Assembly: GCF_018977255.1 (NCBI RefSeq)
Contig: NW_024705391.1
Coordinates: 1 to 49,104 of the forward strand
From: Callorhinchus milii
Lineage: Eukaryota
Length of the DNA: 49,104 nt
Reading direction: 5' to 3'
The notes below the pieces were generated by a model. It was not told the origin of the DNA, did not search any database, and saw only the letters and a program-made list of their open reading frames with translations. Positions within the stretch are counted from its first letter, which is position 1, and each line of letters begins with the position of its first letter. This document shows positions 35,163 to 47,260 of the stretch, piece after piece. The position numbers were made by a program, and so were the translations under genes.

Positions 35163-38100
35163 CAGGCGAATATATTTTAAATCCTTTATATTAAGTTGCG
35201 CTTGCTTGCTTAGACCGTGCAAATCTTTGTCGTTTTTTTAACCCACTTCCCGTGATCCAATCGAGCTGACATTTTCCAACAGACTCGTTGTCGTGACAAT
35301 TAATGTTCGTGAAAATTTTTTTCCAAAATTTTACACTGTTTAGGAAATTAAATATTTAATTACCAATTGCTTAATGCTGCCAGACAATCATCTGACCCAT
35401 AGGTGGCAGCCATCTCAAGCCAGAGGACGAGAGGACTCTAGCCGCCACGCATCTAAAGGATTTAGAGTGAAAAACTTTGTTTTTCGCGTTTCGTGTGACG
35501 CTCACAAACTTTGGCCTGCGCAATGGTAATGAATTATTATTATCTGCCTGTTAGTGTTGGTTATCTTTGCTTAGTTTAGAAACTTTGTTTGTTTGAAACT
35601 GGAATTGCACTGTCAATTAAACCGCACTTCCAAATTAATTAACTGTCGGTTTATTTTTAATTTAATTGGAATTTTCTGTCTTGCCATTTCGTTTAATCTT
35701 GCGCCTGATTTAGCGTTCTTTCTCATTCGCTGCTCTTTTAACAACGGTCATCAGCCATGATATCCACTGCTGGACCATATCCCCAAATGTCCCTTAACTC
35801 ACGTATGCTCACTAACCCACGTGCTATTTGTCCCCACCACCCCCTCACGGTTAATTACAAGCGTGCGTTCTCTCACGCCTCTTTGTGCCCACTTTCAATC
35901 TGTTTGCTCAGTGCTTCGTAAATATCCGCTCTCCGCTCGAGTGTCATATCATCCTCCTTGTCACGTGCGCCACAGGGGAACTGGTGCTTGCGGGGTAGGG
36001 GCAAGGTTCTGGAGTGTGGGCCCTCAACCACGAAACATCTCTTTGGAAAAATTCACTTTCCTGTGGCTACGTACGGTGCGAAAGAAGTTACACGTACATA
36101 CATAATGGTGCCCCCCCCATACAGGCTCTTTAAAGCCCCTCTCCCCACCCTCGTCTCCCCTCTCTAAGAAGAGTCGGATTCTCTTTCTGATTACAACCAC
36201 GACACTTTCTTGCCACGATCATTCCCGAAATTCCCAAGTTTCCTTCCCAACCATCCAATGAATTACATCAAATCCATGTCAATCCATCCGCTGATACGCG
36301 CTTGCTGGGGTGTGCAACTCTGATATCCGTTGACGTGTTGAGGAGGTTGCTAATTTCTTTTAGCAGACGCAAACTAGACATTTAAAATCGAATACCGCAA
36401 AAAATATATAGCACCGTACCATCCATTGCCTTTACACCCCGAGAAAATTAATGGCGTTGTCAGAACGGGATGGGGGAAGGGCTGGGGGGATGGGGGGAGG
36501 GAGAGGAGCCGACGACGAGCGTACAATTATAAACAAGAAAAAAGTTAAGAACCACTACGCGTTTGCCCAATTAGATGTAAGTCAACCGAACTTGACCTTA
36601 ACGCGTCTCTAAGCAATGGAGAGCCCGCTCTGATAAATGTTAGCTTACGACGATAATATCAGTTCGCAATTTCAGTGGACAGAAATAATCCTCTCTGGCT
36701 GCACAATTCTTGGGGGGGGAGCGGAGGAGGAGAATGTGGAGGCTGGGGGGGGGGCGGGGGGGGGCACGGCTGATGTATGGGGGCTGTCCGGATCGGTTGG
36801 AATCCCCCCCCCGCTTTAAGTCGCGGCCGAGAACGGGAATTACGACGCTTCCCACCAACCCCAACCCCAACCACCAGCAACTTCTAGTAACCTCGTCCAA
36901 TTGAGAACGAGGTGATGATGAACACCCAGCACCGATTCAAACGCCAGCTGGTGGCCAAAGCAAGCAGCAACGCCGTTGTGCCGAGGAACACTAAGGCGTT
37001 CTCGTACAGCACGCGCGGAACGTAGAGGATCATTGTTCTTAGTGGGCGGAGGTTTTTTGTTTTAAAGAGAGGGCTCAAGATGCCATCCTTGCCTGTTTTA
37101 TTTAAATTAACGATGTCTAGATTCTGCCCATGACCCATGTGTAGGGGTACACGCGCGGTGTTCTCGATAGACTGGTATGACCGAACCACCCAGAATGCGC
37201 TCCACTCCCCTCTCTACCACCCCCCCAAATCTCTTGAGATCTCAGAAGCTAAGCGGAGTTCGAGCATTGAGGACTGCTCGGGTGAGTGCCCCTAGCGCAC
37301 GTTCTGTAGACCTGCAACGGCGTGGGTGGGCCTTCATCCAGCAGTGGATTAACCAAAGGATATAGAGTAGATAAATTACAAAACAAACAACAACAAAAAC
37401 CACAACAACAACAAAAATCAATCATGTATGCAATTAGGTGCCCGTGATTCCACTGCAGACATTCGAGGCCGCTACATACTCCACATTAATAAAATATTAA
37501 AATTTTGTTTATAAAAACAAACTAGGTTCGTGATGCTCCTGCTATGTTCGCCGTGGTGTACACGCACAGTAACAAACCAAAGTTCAATACATTCGCCAAT
37601 AACACTGCGTGGCCTTTAAAGGAAACATTGATAACAGGCGACGTTCCGGGCAGTGGGCATCTTCACAGCACTTCGGCATGGAACATTTCACGCGCTGCAA
37701 AAGATCGGCCACTGTAGATCTGTTTTCCATTTTAAAAGCCACGGTGTTATTGACGAATGTGTTTGTTTTTATTTAATAATTCTCAAATGTAATCGTGCCC
37801 AACCCCTGCTGAGTGATTTGGCCACGGATTGCTACAGAAACTTAATAACAGCGGACGCAGTGCTTAATGTGTCGTTAAACTTTCCACCACCCCACACAGC
37901 CAACGAGTAAGATTTTTCACGTAAACAACACACTGCAATTAGTTACTCGTTCAGCACACCGGTGTGTTGGAGAGTAAATCCACAACATTTTACAACAATC
38001 CGGTGTGCTGAGCTAGTAACTAATGTCACGTTTTATTTACCCGTGACAAACCTTACTAATTGGCTTTGTCGGGTGGTGGCGGGTTTAACGACACATTCAT

Positions 38101-38690
38101 ATTTACGCGATATAACAAAAGAAAATACCTGGATAATATTGGTCGCGAAAGCCCGCCCATGTGTTAAACGGACACATTGCCGCTTTCCCTGCCGGTGAAT
38201 TTCCCAATTTCGTCGGATAATATAATTATTCATGAACCCATTTCCAACCAACTGGTTTTCAAATTATGGCGCTGGTATCTCGATTGTGGCTCAAGCGAGT
38301 GCTTGCATGCGAGGGGTCAGGGGTCGGCAGCCTGTGGCTCCGGAGCCGCATGCGACTCTTTTACAGACTCCTTCGTGAAGTATTGTACCCGTGTATGTAG
38401 TCACATTGCATTGCGGCTCTTCAAAATATTGATTTTCGTACCGAATTCGATTTTTTTTTCTCTTCTTGTTATTTTCGTTTGCTGACCTATGGTTCCGTAG
38501 GGTGAAGTGGTTTGCTCACCCATTGGCACACCGCACTGCCAAAACCGGCGACCTGAGTTTGATTTCAAGTCACGGGCTGAGAGCAGCGGTGAAATGCCCG
38601 AGGGACTGCTAAGCCGAGCAATTGGCTCCACCTTTAGAGAGACAACTGTAGATTGCCAATTATGAACGAGTCAATACCTCCGCTCTGTCT

Positions 38691-38725
38691 GCTTCGAAGA
38701 AGGGCTATCGCCCAAAAATGTCAGC
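38691..38725 (+). other. Possible decayed minimal hammerhead/PLE remnant
   Basis: GCT-tcgaaga-A-GGGC-TATC-GCCC-aaaaa-tgtc-AGC: stems I and II kept, core mutated. Confidence 0.35.
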
Positions 38726-38825
38726 CTACTGCCGTATTCTCCGGATTATACGGCGCTACCGGAGAGGAAGACGCACTCCGAAGTTTGTAGCCCGTGTCAA
38801 TGAAGTTATGCAATCTGGTGTCTCT

Positions 38826-39036
38826 CACACACGTACACAACAACAACAACCGCCATTCGCCACTAAGTGGCGGTGACGTCACCACGACGCTTGTGCCAGG
38901 CCATGTGCACCTTGAGGCCACGTGAAGTGTCGAACGCCCGCTGGCAGGAGGTCACGGGGCAGACCCAGTTGCCACGGGTCGACTGACCGAGATGACCGAG
39001 ATGACTGGCTGATGCACCACCTGTGCCCCTACTGTA
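38826..39036 (-). mobile_element. Short 3' fragment of an RTE-like LINE encoding the terminal C2H2 zinc finger, with (GTT)n/(GT)n tail
   Basis: WVCPVTSCQRAFDTSRGLKVHMAWH = C-x4-C-x3-F-x5-L-x2-H-x3-H; homologous to 47570-47775. Confidence 0.8.
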
Positions 39037-39504
39037 CCAACACGTACACACGCACACACGCACACACACGCGCACACACACGCAGACCTACCACATTATA
39101 AGACGCTCCTCTCCCTCCCCTCCCATCTTCTGATTAAAAATACACGGAGAAAACTGGTGCCCGAATCTAAAGAATACGGTAAAAAATGTATTCTGTTATA
39201 AGGCAGAGTTAGTCAGAATATGTATTTAGACTGAGAGGAACCCGATGATCTTTAAAGCACTTCTTTACAGACGTCCAGTATTCACAGATGTTCAGTGTGA
39301 TGAATACGTCGAGTTTTTTCCTCTTCACATCTGCGCTCACGCAATTACTTTAACACATTTGTTTAAATTAGATTTTTGCAATTCAGGGGTAGGTCACTGG
39401 TTGGATCCTCAGTCTCTGCCAACTACCTGAGCCTCACCCTTCTCGTTTCTCGCCAGGGAAACATAGTTCCTGGTGAAAACTATAAAACAAGACAAACTAG
39501 AAAC

Positions 39505-39787
39505 TTTTTATTTTTTTATTTTTACCAGCTAAGGCCCATCGAGTTACGTCGCTATTTTTTAGAAGCGACCTGGCCACACAAATAATAGCCCAACGAAGTG
39601 GCTTATCACGTGGATTCTAAATCTGAAGGAAAATCCGGAGGACCCGGAGAAAAATTTTCACGTGACTACGGGGAGAGAGACACGCAAACTCCAAATATAC
39701 AGCAGCAAGCATAATTAATCAGGGTCTGGATCGAACCCACGACCTCCTGTATAACAGGAGAGGTAGTTAACATCTCGCCACCATGGC
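39505..39787 (-). mobile_element. tRNA-derived SINE with V-domain-like core and A-rich tail
   Basis: Minus strand: A box gtggcgagatg, B box ggttcgatcc, core ggagtttgcgtgtctctctccccgt...ctccgggtcctccggattttcc resembling the V-SINE domain, tail ...gctggtaaaataaaa. Homologous to 44765-45006. Confidence 0.72.
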
Positions 39788-40658
39788 ACACCTGGTGGAA
39801 TGGCACCCAAGTCCACTCCACCCAAGCCCACTCCACTCACCACCCACTCCACCACCCAACTCCACTCCACCCAAATTCCATAATGGCCCAGATATTACAA
39901 GTGACTTGGCTAATTTTCCAATTAACCATCCTCCACGCATAACCCATCCCGGCAAGTGGCCGTAATTGATCTGCAGCCAATCCTCGGGTTTTACGCGCAT
40001 TAAACACTCGCGGATTGCTCTCCCACCGTCTGATGAACGCTGGGCACACGCAGCATTGCGGTTCGCAGCGGCAGCAGCAGCGGCAAGCGTCGGCAAGCGG
40101 CGGCATCAGCGGAGCGCGCAGGCATATTCGTGGAGACCCGCTACAAAGGTAAAGGCACAGGGACTGCGACGTCTTTCTCATGACTCCCCGCCGACGGAAG
40201 GCCCTCCACCAGAGGGCACTTTGGCCTCCTCTTCCACACGCTCGACCAGACGTCTTGGCAGAGGTGGGATTACAATGCACTTGACTCCGTCACCGCACGC
40301 GCGCCGCCCGATCGACAGATGAACGTGGTGAACCCGCGTGTGTGTGTGTGTACGTTTAACTTATTTCCCACCGTACGTAGCCAACCGCGCTAAGTCGGAG
40401 GTGCGGGTGGACAAATGAAGGGTGAGGGCTTCAAGAAACTTGTCCCGTGGTTTCAACTGCCGTGGCGGGCGATCGAATGCAACCGGTGACCTCCGAGGGC
40501 ACGGGGGTGTGCCCAAAGGAATTGCGTTTTCGAGAGAACACACGCTGCTGCTGCTGTTTGTGGTAAATCCGTCACCATGAAATTAACCCCGTGATGACAC
40601 ATCGTGGGGGGGGGGGGCAGCTTAATGGCTTTGTTTTTAAATCCTTTATATTAAGTTC

Positions 40659-41138
40659 GCTTGCTTGCTTGCTTGCGTGCTTGCTTGCTTGCGTGCGTGC
40701 GTGCTTGCTTGCGTGCGTGCGTGCTTGCTTGCGTGCTTGCTTGCTTGCTTGCGTGCTTGCTTGCTTGCTTGCGTGCTTGCTTGCTTGCTTGCGTGCTTGC
40801 TTGCTTGCGTGCTTGCTTGCTTGCGTGCTTGCTTGCTTGCGTGCTTGCTTGCTTGCGTGCTTGCTTGCTTGCGTGCGTGCTTGCTTGCGTGCGTGCTTGC
40901 GTACGTGCGTGCTTGCGTGCTTGCGTGCTTGCGTGCTTGCTTGCTTGCTTGCGTGCTTGCTTGCTTGCTTGCTTGCGTGCTTGCTTGCGTGCTTGCTTGC
41001 GTGCTTGCTTGCTTGCGTGCTTGCTTGCTTGCGTGCTTGCTTGCTTGCGTGCTTGCTTGCTTGCTTGCGTGCTTGCTTGCTTGCGTGCTTGCTTGCTTGC
41101 GTGCTTGCTTGCTTGCGTGCTTGCTTGCTTGCTTGCTT
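40659..41138. repeat. (GCTT/GCGT)n tetranucleotide microsatellite, ~480 bp
   Basis: Seen directly. Confidence 0.98.
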
Positions 41139-41376
41139 ACGACCGTACAAATCTTTCGGTCGTTTTTAACCCACTTCCCGTGATCCAATCGAGTTGACAT
41201 TTTCCACACAGACTCGTTGTGCCAGACAATTAATGTTCGTGAAAAAAAATTCCCAAAATTTTACACTTTTTAGGCAAAATTTTTTTTATTTTACATCTAT
41301 TCAAATATAACTCATTCATCGCTTTGGCTGAACGTCACAGTATAAGAGCCCAGAGCGTAACCCCTCCACAGGCCGT

Positions 41377-41450
41377 GACGGAGTAGCGCAGTTGGTAGCG
41401 CCCTCGCTTCCCATGCCCAAAGGTCGCGGGATCGATCCCCGCGTCCTCCA
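41377..41450 (+). pseudogene. tRNA-like unit in the dispersed copy
   Basis: gacggagtagcgcag...cgcgtcctcca. Confidence 0.76.
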
Positions 41451-44400
41451 CAGGCGAATATATTTTTAAATCCTTTATATTAAGTTCGCTGCCACGCATA
41501 TAAAGGATTTATAGTGAAAAACTTTGTTTTACGGGTTATACTTATTTTACTTGTTGAGTGTCTGCCGCAACAGTAGGAACTCCCTCGCCCACAGCCGTCT
41601 GTACCCTCGACTTCCTGCCCCTTCGTGTTCAGGTCCAGCAAAGTTCCAGAGCTCCGATTTGTTTTCCTCTCAACTTCACCACTTACTGCGCCTCTGCCCA
41701 CGACAATAACTATGCCCACTATGCACACACGGTGTCTCGAGACACCATGCAGTGTCCCCAGACGCTATGCTCTTCAGTCGACCGTACCCATCATCCTTTT
41801 TCGGGCATGTAAATAAAGTACTACGTTGTGGGAAGTAAGCAGTGGTTGTCCTCGCAAGATAATGGGCGTCGCAATCGAAACGTGGAGTGGTGGGACCAGT
41901 GATTAGCGCACTGCGCTATTCATTTGACACCCCGTGTTAGATTCTCGACAAGAGCTAAACATCAGTAGCGAGTGATGTATGAGCCCTGCAGTAATGCTGT
42001 CCCGCGTGCTGTCGACCATGGGGGCTATTTGACCATACTTCACCACGCTGGCTATTAGTGTGTGGGTCGATGAAATGGGGGGGGGGGGGGTCTGAGGTTG
42101 TTCCAGGATCAGTTCAAATATCACTCGCCGAAAACTGAAGTTTGCTTTTGGTTATGAATCTTGCTCGAGGTGCCAGGTGTTTCGTAACGGACAGTGGAAA
42201 CCACTGCGCCACCGCTCCCCCACCCCCATCTGATGCATTACTAAAGTTGCATCGCATGCGAATCTAATAAGGACATTATTGAGATCCCCCGTAAATTTTA
42301 GCGCCCATGTGCCGTGCACGCGTAATGAAACGGTTACAGAACGTGTTATTAAGCGTGACCGGCACGCTACCATATTTCATTGTGGCATTTAATTGAAAGC
42401 CTTTCATATGGAGTGCCGGCAAATTGTCACAGGTGAGTGCAGGTAATTGGATTGACTAGTTTCTTTTACATTCCCGACTGCCTTGGCATTGAATCCTTAA
42501 CTTGCACTGATACGGTGATACGGGTCCAAGCCTGTGAGCTGTGTGTGTGTGTGTGCACCGTATATGTGCAGGGATGAATACATATTAATTCCACCCCGAG
42601 GTTATGTCATTTATATAACCTGCATCCCGTCATGAGATGAAGTGTCCGTTCGAATCTCTCGCACGGCGGTACAACTCTTAGTGTCGGTGATCCTCTGGTC
42701 CACACCACGGCAAAGGGCATCACTCTGACCCACTCGGCACATTACGGTTCATGAATTGTCACGTAACTGTCAAACCGATGGGTTTTTTTAATTCTCGCAA
42801 CTGGAAATGGAGATAAATGAACTGCAAAGGAAAGTTTACCTTGGTGGGGTATTTTTTGTTCGTGCAGTAATCTGTAACCGGGCTTTTAGACCGTCAACTG
42901 TCGACAACTGAGAACTTAGTTTTGTCCACATGGCCTGGGAATGGAAACGATACGATCTCAGCTCGGCACAATGATCTCTGAGCAATCGGCCGCATCCGTG
43001 AGCTGTGTGTATATATGATGCGAGACGAGGCCATAGCCATGGAGTCAACATTGGCGGGGGGGGACCAAATCTTCCAGGGTGTCTGGGGGTCCCAACCCAG
43101 AAAAATATCTAAATTCGAAAACTAATTTCCTGCCTAAAATATTTTTTTAAAATGCACTAACACATGGGATGGACTTTTTATTAATTTTTTTACAATAATG
43201 TCGAATAGTGTATTGTATTACATTGCTCTGTTTTTACTTTTTTACCATTTCTTGTTCCATTGTATGTAATGGCAGAGATTAAGGATTAATAAAGTACAAC
43301 CATAACTACAATCATATAAACATAAATCTATGCTTTGATTAATATGAAGACAAGTCCAGATATTGTGGCCAAGGTTTCGCAAATTGTTATTTTTATTTAC
43401 ATAGCATAAGAATTTCTTTATTTTTATAGCAATATATTGGGGGGCATTTTGAGCATATATATTATAATTACGGTCTTGATGCGAGATAAGGTCGCTGCCA
43501 GAAAACCTTACAAGTGGACATGCTAACAGATGTGTGGGTGGCCGGGCGTGGTGCTGGCCACCCGCCCCCTCGTGTACCGTGCTCGCCTTCATAAGAGCAA
43601 TTCGCTAACAGCACTTGCCCCAACAATCTGTTAAGGCTATGGGGGGGGATATTTGTCTTTTGTGTTATGGCGAACGGTTGTGCAGTTCTGAGCACCCTGC
43701 CCTCTAACCTTGTGACTTTGATTCAATGCCAAGGCCGTGGTTAACATCCGTCAGGCAAGTAATATCTGAATAGGTTCTGAGCTTCTCCTAAATTGAGTCC
43801 GCCTTAAATGAGTGCCCAGTGCTGTGTGTGAACATCAGGACGAGAGAGAGAGTCAAAGCCAGTTGGGGTGTGGTGATATCCACGTGGTCGTTCCACCATG
43901 CCTGCCTGAAATAGGCTTTTGCAAAGAGCACTTGCCCCACCAGTCCGTGTAGGTTATACGGGATGTCTGTGTCTTGTGTGTGTGTGTATGGTGTGCAGGA
44001 TAGATCTGTAGGCAGATAAAGACGCGGGGACATCTTTCAATCTTCCCAGGACATTAAGAGTGCCCGTTTATGTCCGCTGCATAATAATGATGATGATGAT
44101 GATAATACATCACTCTAGACAATGCATATATTACACGGCGTGGTTCTCCCCTATTCCAATATTGTATGATGGTGTTCTTTCTACGCGTGACTCGTCCGGG
44201 TTTTAATTTCTCTGCATACGTTTATTTATGCTGCACCTCGGCGAGGTGGCCAACCCTGCCCGCCATCGGTCAACCAACAGGGCTACCGCTCGCGGCAGGC
44301 GCTGTGGGTTCTATTTGTTCCACGCAGAGTGAGTTGGAGTGCACGGGCCTTCCGCAATCGCTCATTATTATCATCGACAACGAATTCACCCCCATCACCT

Positions 44401-44764
44401 TGCACTGCCACGCCATCTGATGAATTGTCATGAATCACGGTGGCGATTTATTTAAAGATCGATATTTTACGTTCTTACTTTCGCACACCACCCGCCACAC
44501 ACACACCACCCGCCACATCCCATTTCTCACTTATATTCTAATTGTATTACCCACGTGATGTCATGAGAGTAAGACCGTTTTCTTTTTGTTTTTAACTCAA
44601 CACGAACTCGGTACACAGCACCGATTTTTTTTTATAGAATGCTTTTAACACGTGACTGTCACACAGGTTAGAGCACCAGATACGCAAGAAAAATAACTAC
44701 TACAATAAATACATGTGTATGTCATTGCAATATGTGAGTGGACGTCAACCCACGTAGCCACAGA

Positions 44765-45006
44765 GCTACGTGACGAGATGTTAATGACCTCGCCTGGTAT
44801 ACAGGAGGTCGTGAGTTCTATCCCGACCCTGATGTTTCTAGATTTTAGGTTTGCATGTCCCTCTCTCCATATTTAAAGCATTTGGCTGCCATAAATTTCC
44901 ACACGATGATGAGCCACTTCGTTGAGCTATCATTGGTGTGGCCAGATCGCTTATGAAAAAAATAGTTATACAGCTCAGTGGGCCTTACCTGGTAAACAAA
45001 AAAAAA
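44765..45006 (+). mobile_element. Diverged second copy of the tRNA-derived SINE
   Basis: Shares tatacaggaggtcgtg, gccacttcgttg, gtggccag.tcgctt and gggcctta.ctggtaaa with the reverse complement of 39505-39787. Confidence 0.72.
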
Positions 45007-47260
45007 GTTAATAGTTTAGTTTAGACATCATCATCATCTTCCTCATCCACCACATCTGATAGTGCATTGTCTTTGTGCTGTACGCCTTTTGGCGTCCTCT
45101 GGTCTAACGCCGTTTTGAGACGAGGCTCAAAAGAAAGCTGTCTCTGGTGTGGACCAATCCGTTTCTAAGACAATGCATATATTATCAGTGTTTTTTGTTT
45201 GCATTCTGACCACAAGTATTGTGGTTAATGCGCACATGATTTCTTGTAAAAAAAAGTTTCAGTTTTGAGTTTTAACATCTTAATACCTGTATTTTTACCA
45301 GAAAAAAGGGGAAAACCTATTCTCATGTAAACATTTGTAGTTGGTGTGGATGAAAACTCCAATTCGCCGACTTCAGGGAGTAATCCTGTGACCTCCTGGG
45401 TCTATTCTCTGGCACAGGGTGATGCACTGCTCACTGCGACAGTGCCACGCTAACACAGTCTTCTTTATCTACACATGGCGCCGACAGCAGCAGCAACGAA
45501 ATAAAAAAAAACATGCAGCTTTGGAAGAAAGTTTTGCTGGCTGGATTCCTGCCTGCCTGGTGTGCGGCCAACAGCGCGTGTGTGCGTGCTGATGAGCGTG
45601 AGTACGTCCCCTCCACTCTGTCCGTAATAATATTAATAAAACTCAAGTTTGGCTGGCTGGCTAGAGGGAGGCTGTCACCGCTAAAGGAGGTGCGTGCTGA
45701 CAATCGTCAATTAAACATTTCTGTTGCCAAATAACTCCGTTGCAAGACCCTCCTGGGAAAAAAAAGCGCATCACCGAAGCACAACCTGGATTTATATATA
45801 AATAAATCAACATAGATGATTATATATTTTTTACAACTGCCTGACATCTCACGCGAGCAAAAGAAAAAAACGCATTTACTGCCCGGCGATCACGCGCGGC
45901 CTCCTTTCCCGCACGGCCACGTGCGCCGCGTCACCGAGGCCTCTCTCGACGACGTCCCACCACCCCCCACCCACCGTCACATCCCATCGTGCCAGAGGGA
46001 GTCTCGTGTCTTTGAAGTTGCATTTAACGTCAAGAAACCCACCTCCACCCCACCCCCCCCCACTTTCATCGCGCGTCCACATTGCTTCGCCGCCGTTGAA
46101 AGTCCTTGGCCGAACAGCGGCTGCGGGCGATGTGGGCATTAATCAAAATGCTGCGAACGCGGCAGACGGGAGAATGCGTGTGCGCAGCACGCAGAGGCTG
46201 TGCCGACCGGGGACCGCGTTTGTTCAGAAGTGCACGGGGCTGGATTGCTGCCACGGCCTGTGGAATGAAATGGTTCGCCGGTTCCCATGCGACGATCTTC
46301 CAGCGAGGCAGTTTCATCGGTGGTGCAAGTCTCTCCTTAAACCGTCGGGGAAGCCGTCACCCAGCAGTGGATGTGAGCGTGGCCGATTGCGTTAATGATG
46401 ATGGTAATGATGATGATAATGAATCCGACAAGACGGCACGCAATTATCTCGTGGTAAATTGCAATTTTATTCGGTACGGAGCGAAGGCATTTTGTAGTCT
46501 CTGAATTATTAAGAGCGCTCATTCTAACCTGATGAATAACAGATGGAACGAGGTTCGTATGAAATGTAACAGTGACGTGGGTCAATGTCAATCAATGGTA
46601 CACAGCGCTTCTACACGGTCCCTTAAGCAATGCCCTAATAGCTCCCAGTTGACAGCGAAGACACGAGTATTTATGTTCCAAACCGTAACCATGAAATCTA
46701 TGCCAACCTTTATTTAAACAACGGACAGATGCGAGAAGCATCCAAGGTTAAATTTAACTTCTGTGTTCTAAATAACTGTCCAAGCAGGGCTTAGTTTCTC
46801 ACCGAAATGGTTTCTGGGTCGTCACGTGACTGGTCGCCACGGCCATATCGAGAGGGGTGGATGGTGGATGTGGTGCGCCGGCCAGATGGCTGCTGATAGT
46901 TTGTGGAGCGGTCGGTGCAAGTCACCATGCCGACGTTGTGCCAACGTTAGCATGTCGTCGGAGGCCCTCTGGACCAACGTTGGCTCAATGTTGGACTAAC
47001 GTTGGCTCGACATTTCACGTTCACGGGGGCGTTGCCACGTGCTAATGGGACAGCAGCGTTGTTGTTCGTAAAGTTTTTTTTTGTAAACATTTTTTTTTAT
47101 CAAGCCAACTTTAAATCGCAGGAGGTTGGAAACCGCGCAGTCTTATTGGCGGTGCGCGTTTTATATAGCGCAGAAGTGTTGTGTTTTTCGAGTGGTGCAG
47201 AATGTTTAGAAAGTGGACCGTACATAAGCGTGATGGTGAGTGTGTGTGTGTGGGCAAAGT

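Larger units (their letters stand above)
24226..35484 (+). repeat. Composite macrosatellite, right domain: ~1.7-2.2-kb units A-C-A-B(tRNA-like)-A-C-(165 bp)n, without the telomere/PLE cassette
   Basis: tRNA-like copies at 25454, 27278, 29444, 31437, 33419 and 35092; homology ends at aactttgttttt (35484). Confidence 0.93.
40636..41547 (+). mobile_element. Dispersed copy of the satellite modules (A with expanded microsatellite, B, then truncated A fused to the tail of C)
   Basis: Direct homology to the array; internal deletion joins aagttcgct to gccacgcat at ~41490. Confidence 0.85.

Noticed and set aside
24226..35484. CRISPR-like array of palindromic repeats
   Set aside because: The intervening sequences are themselves repeated rather than unique spacers; no cas genes; eukaryotic context.
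40572..41209. Five 172-192-aa ORFs (LACL / KQAS repeats)
   Set aside because: Stop-free translations of the (GCTT/GCGT)n microsatellite.
43609..43992. Diverged ~60-bp duplication starting gcacttgcccca
   Set aside because: Short and degenerate with no assignable function.
46930..47010. Clustered CCAACGTTGG-like palindromes
   Set aside because: Possibly a DNA-transposon terminus remnant, but too short and with no partner end.
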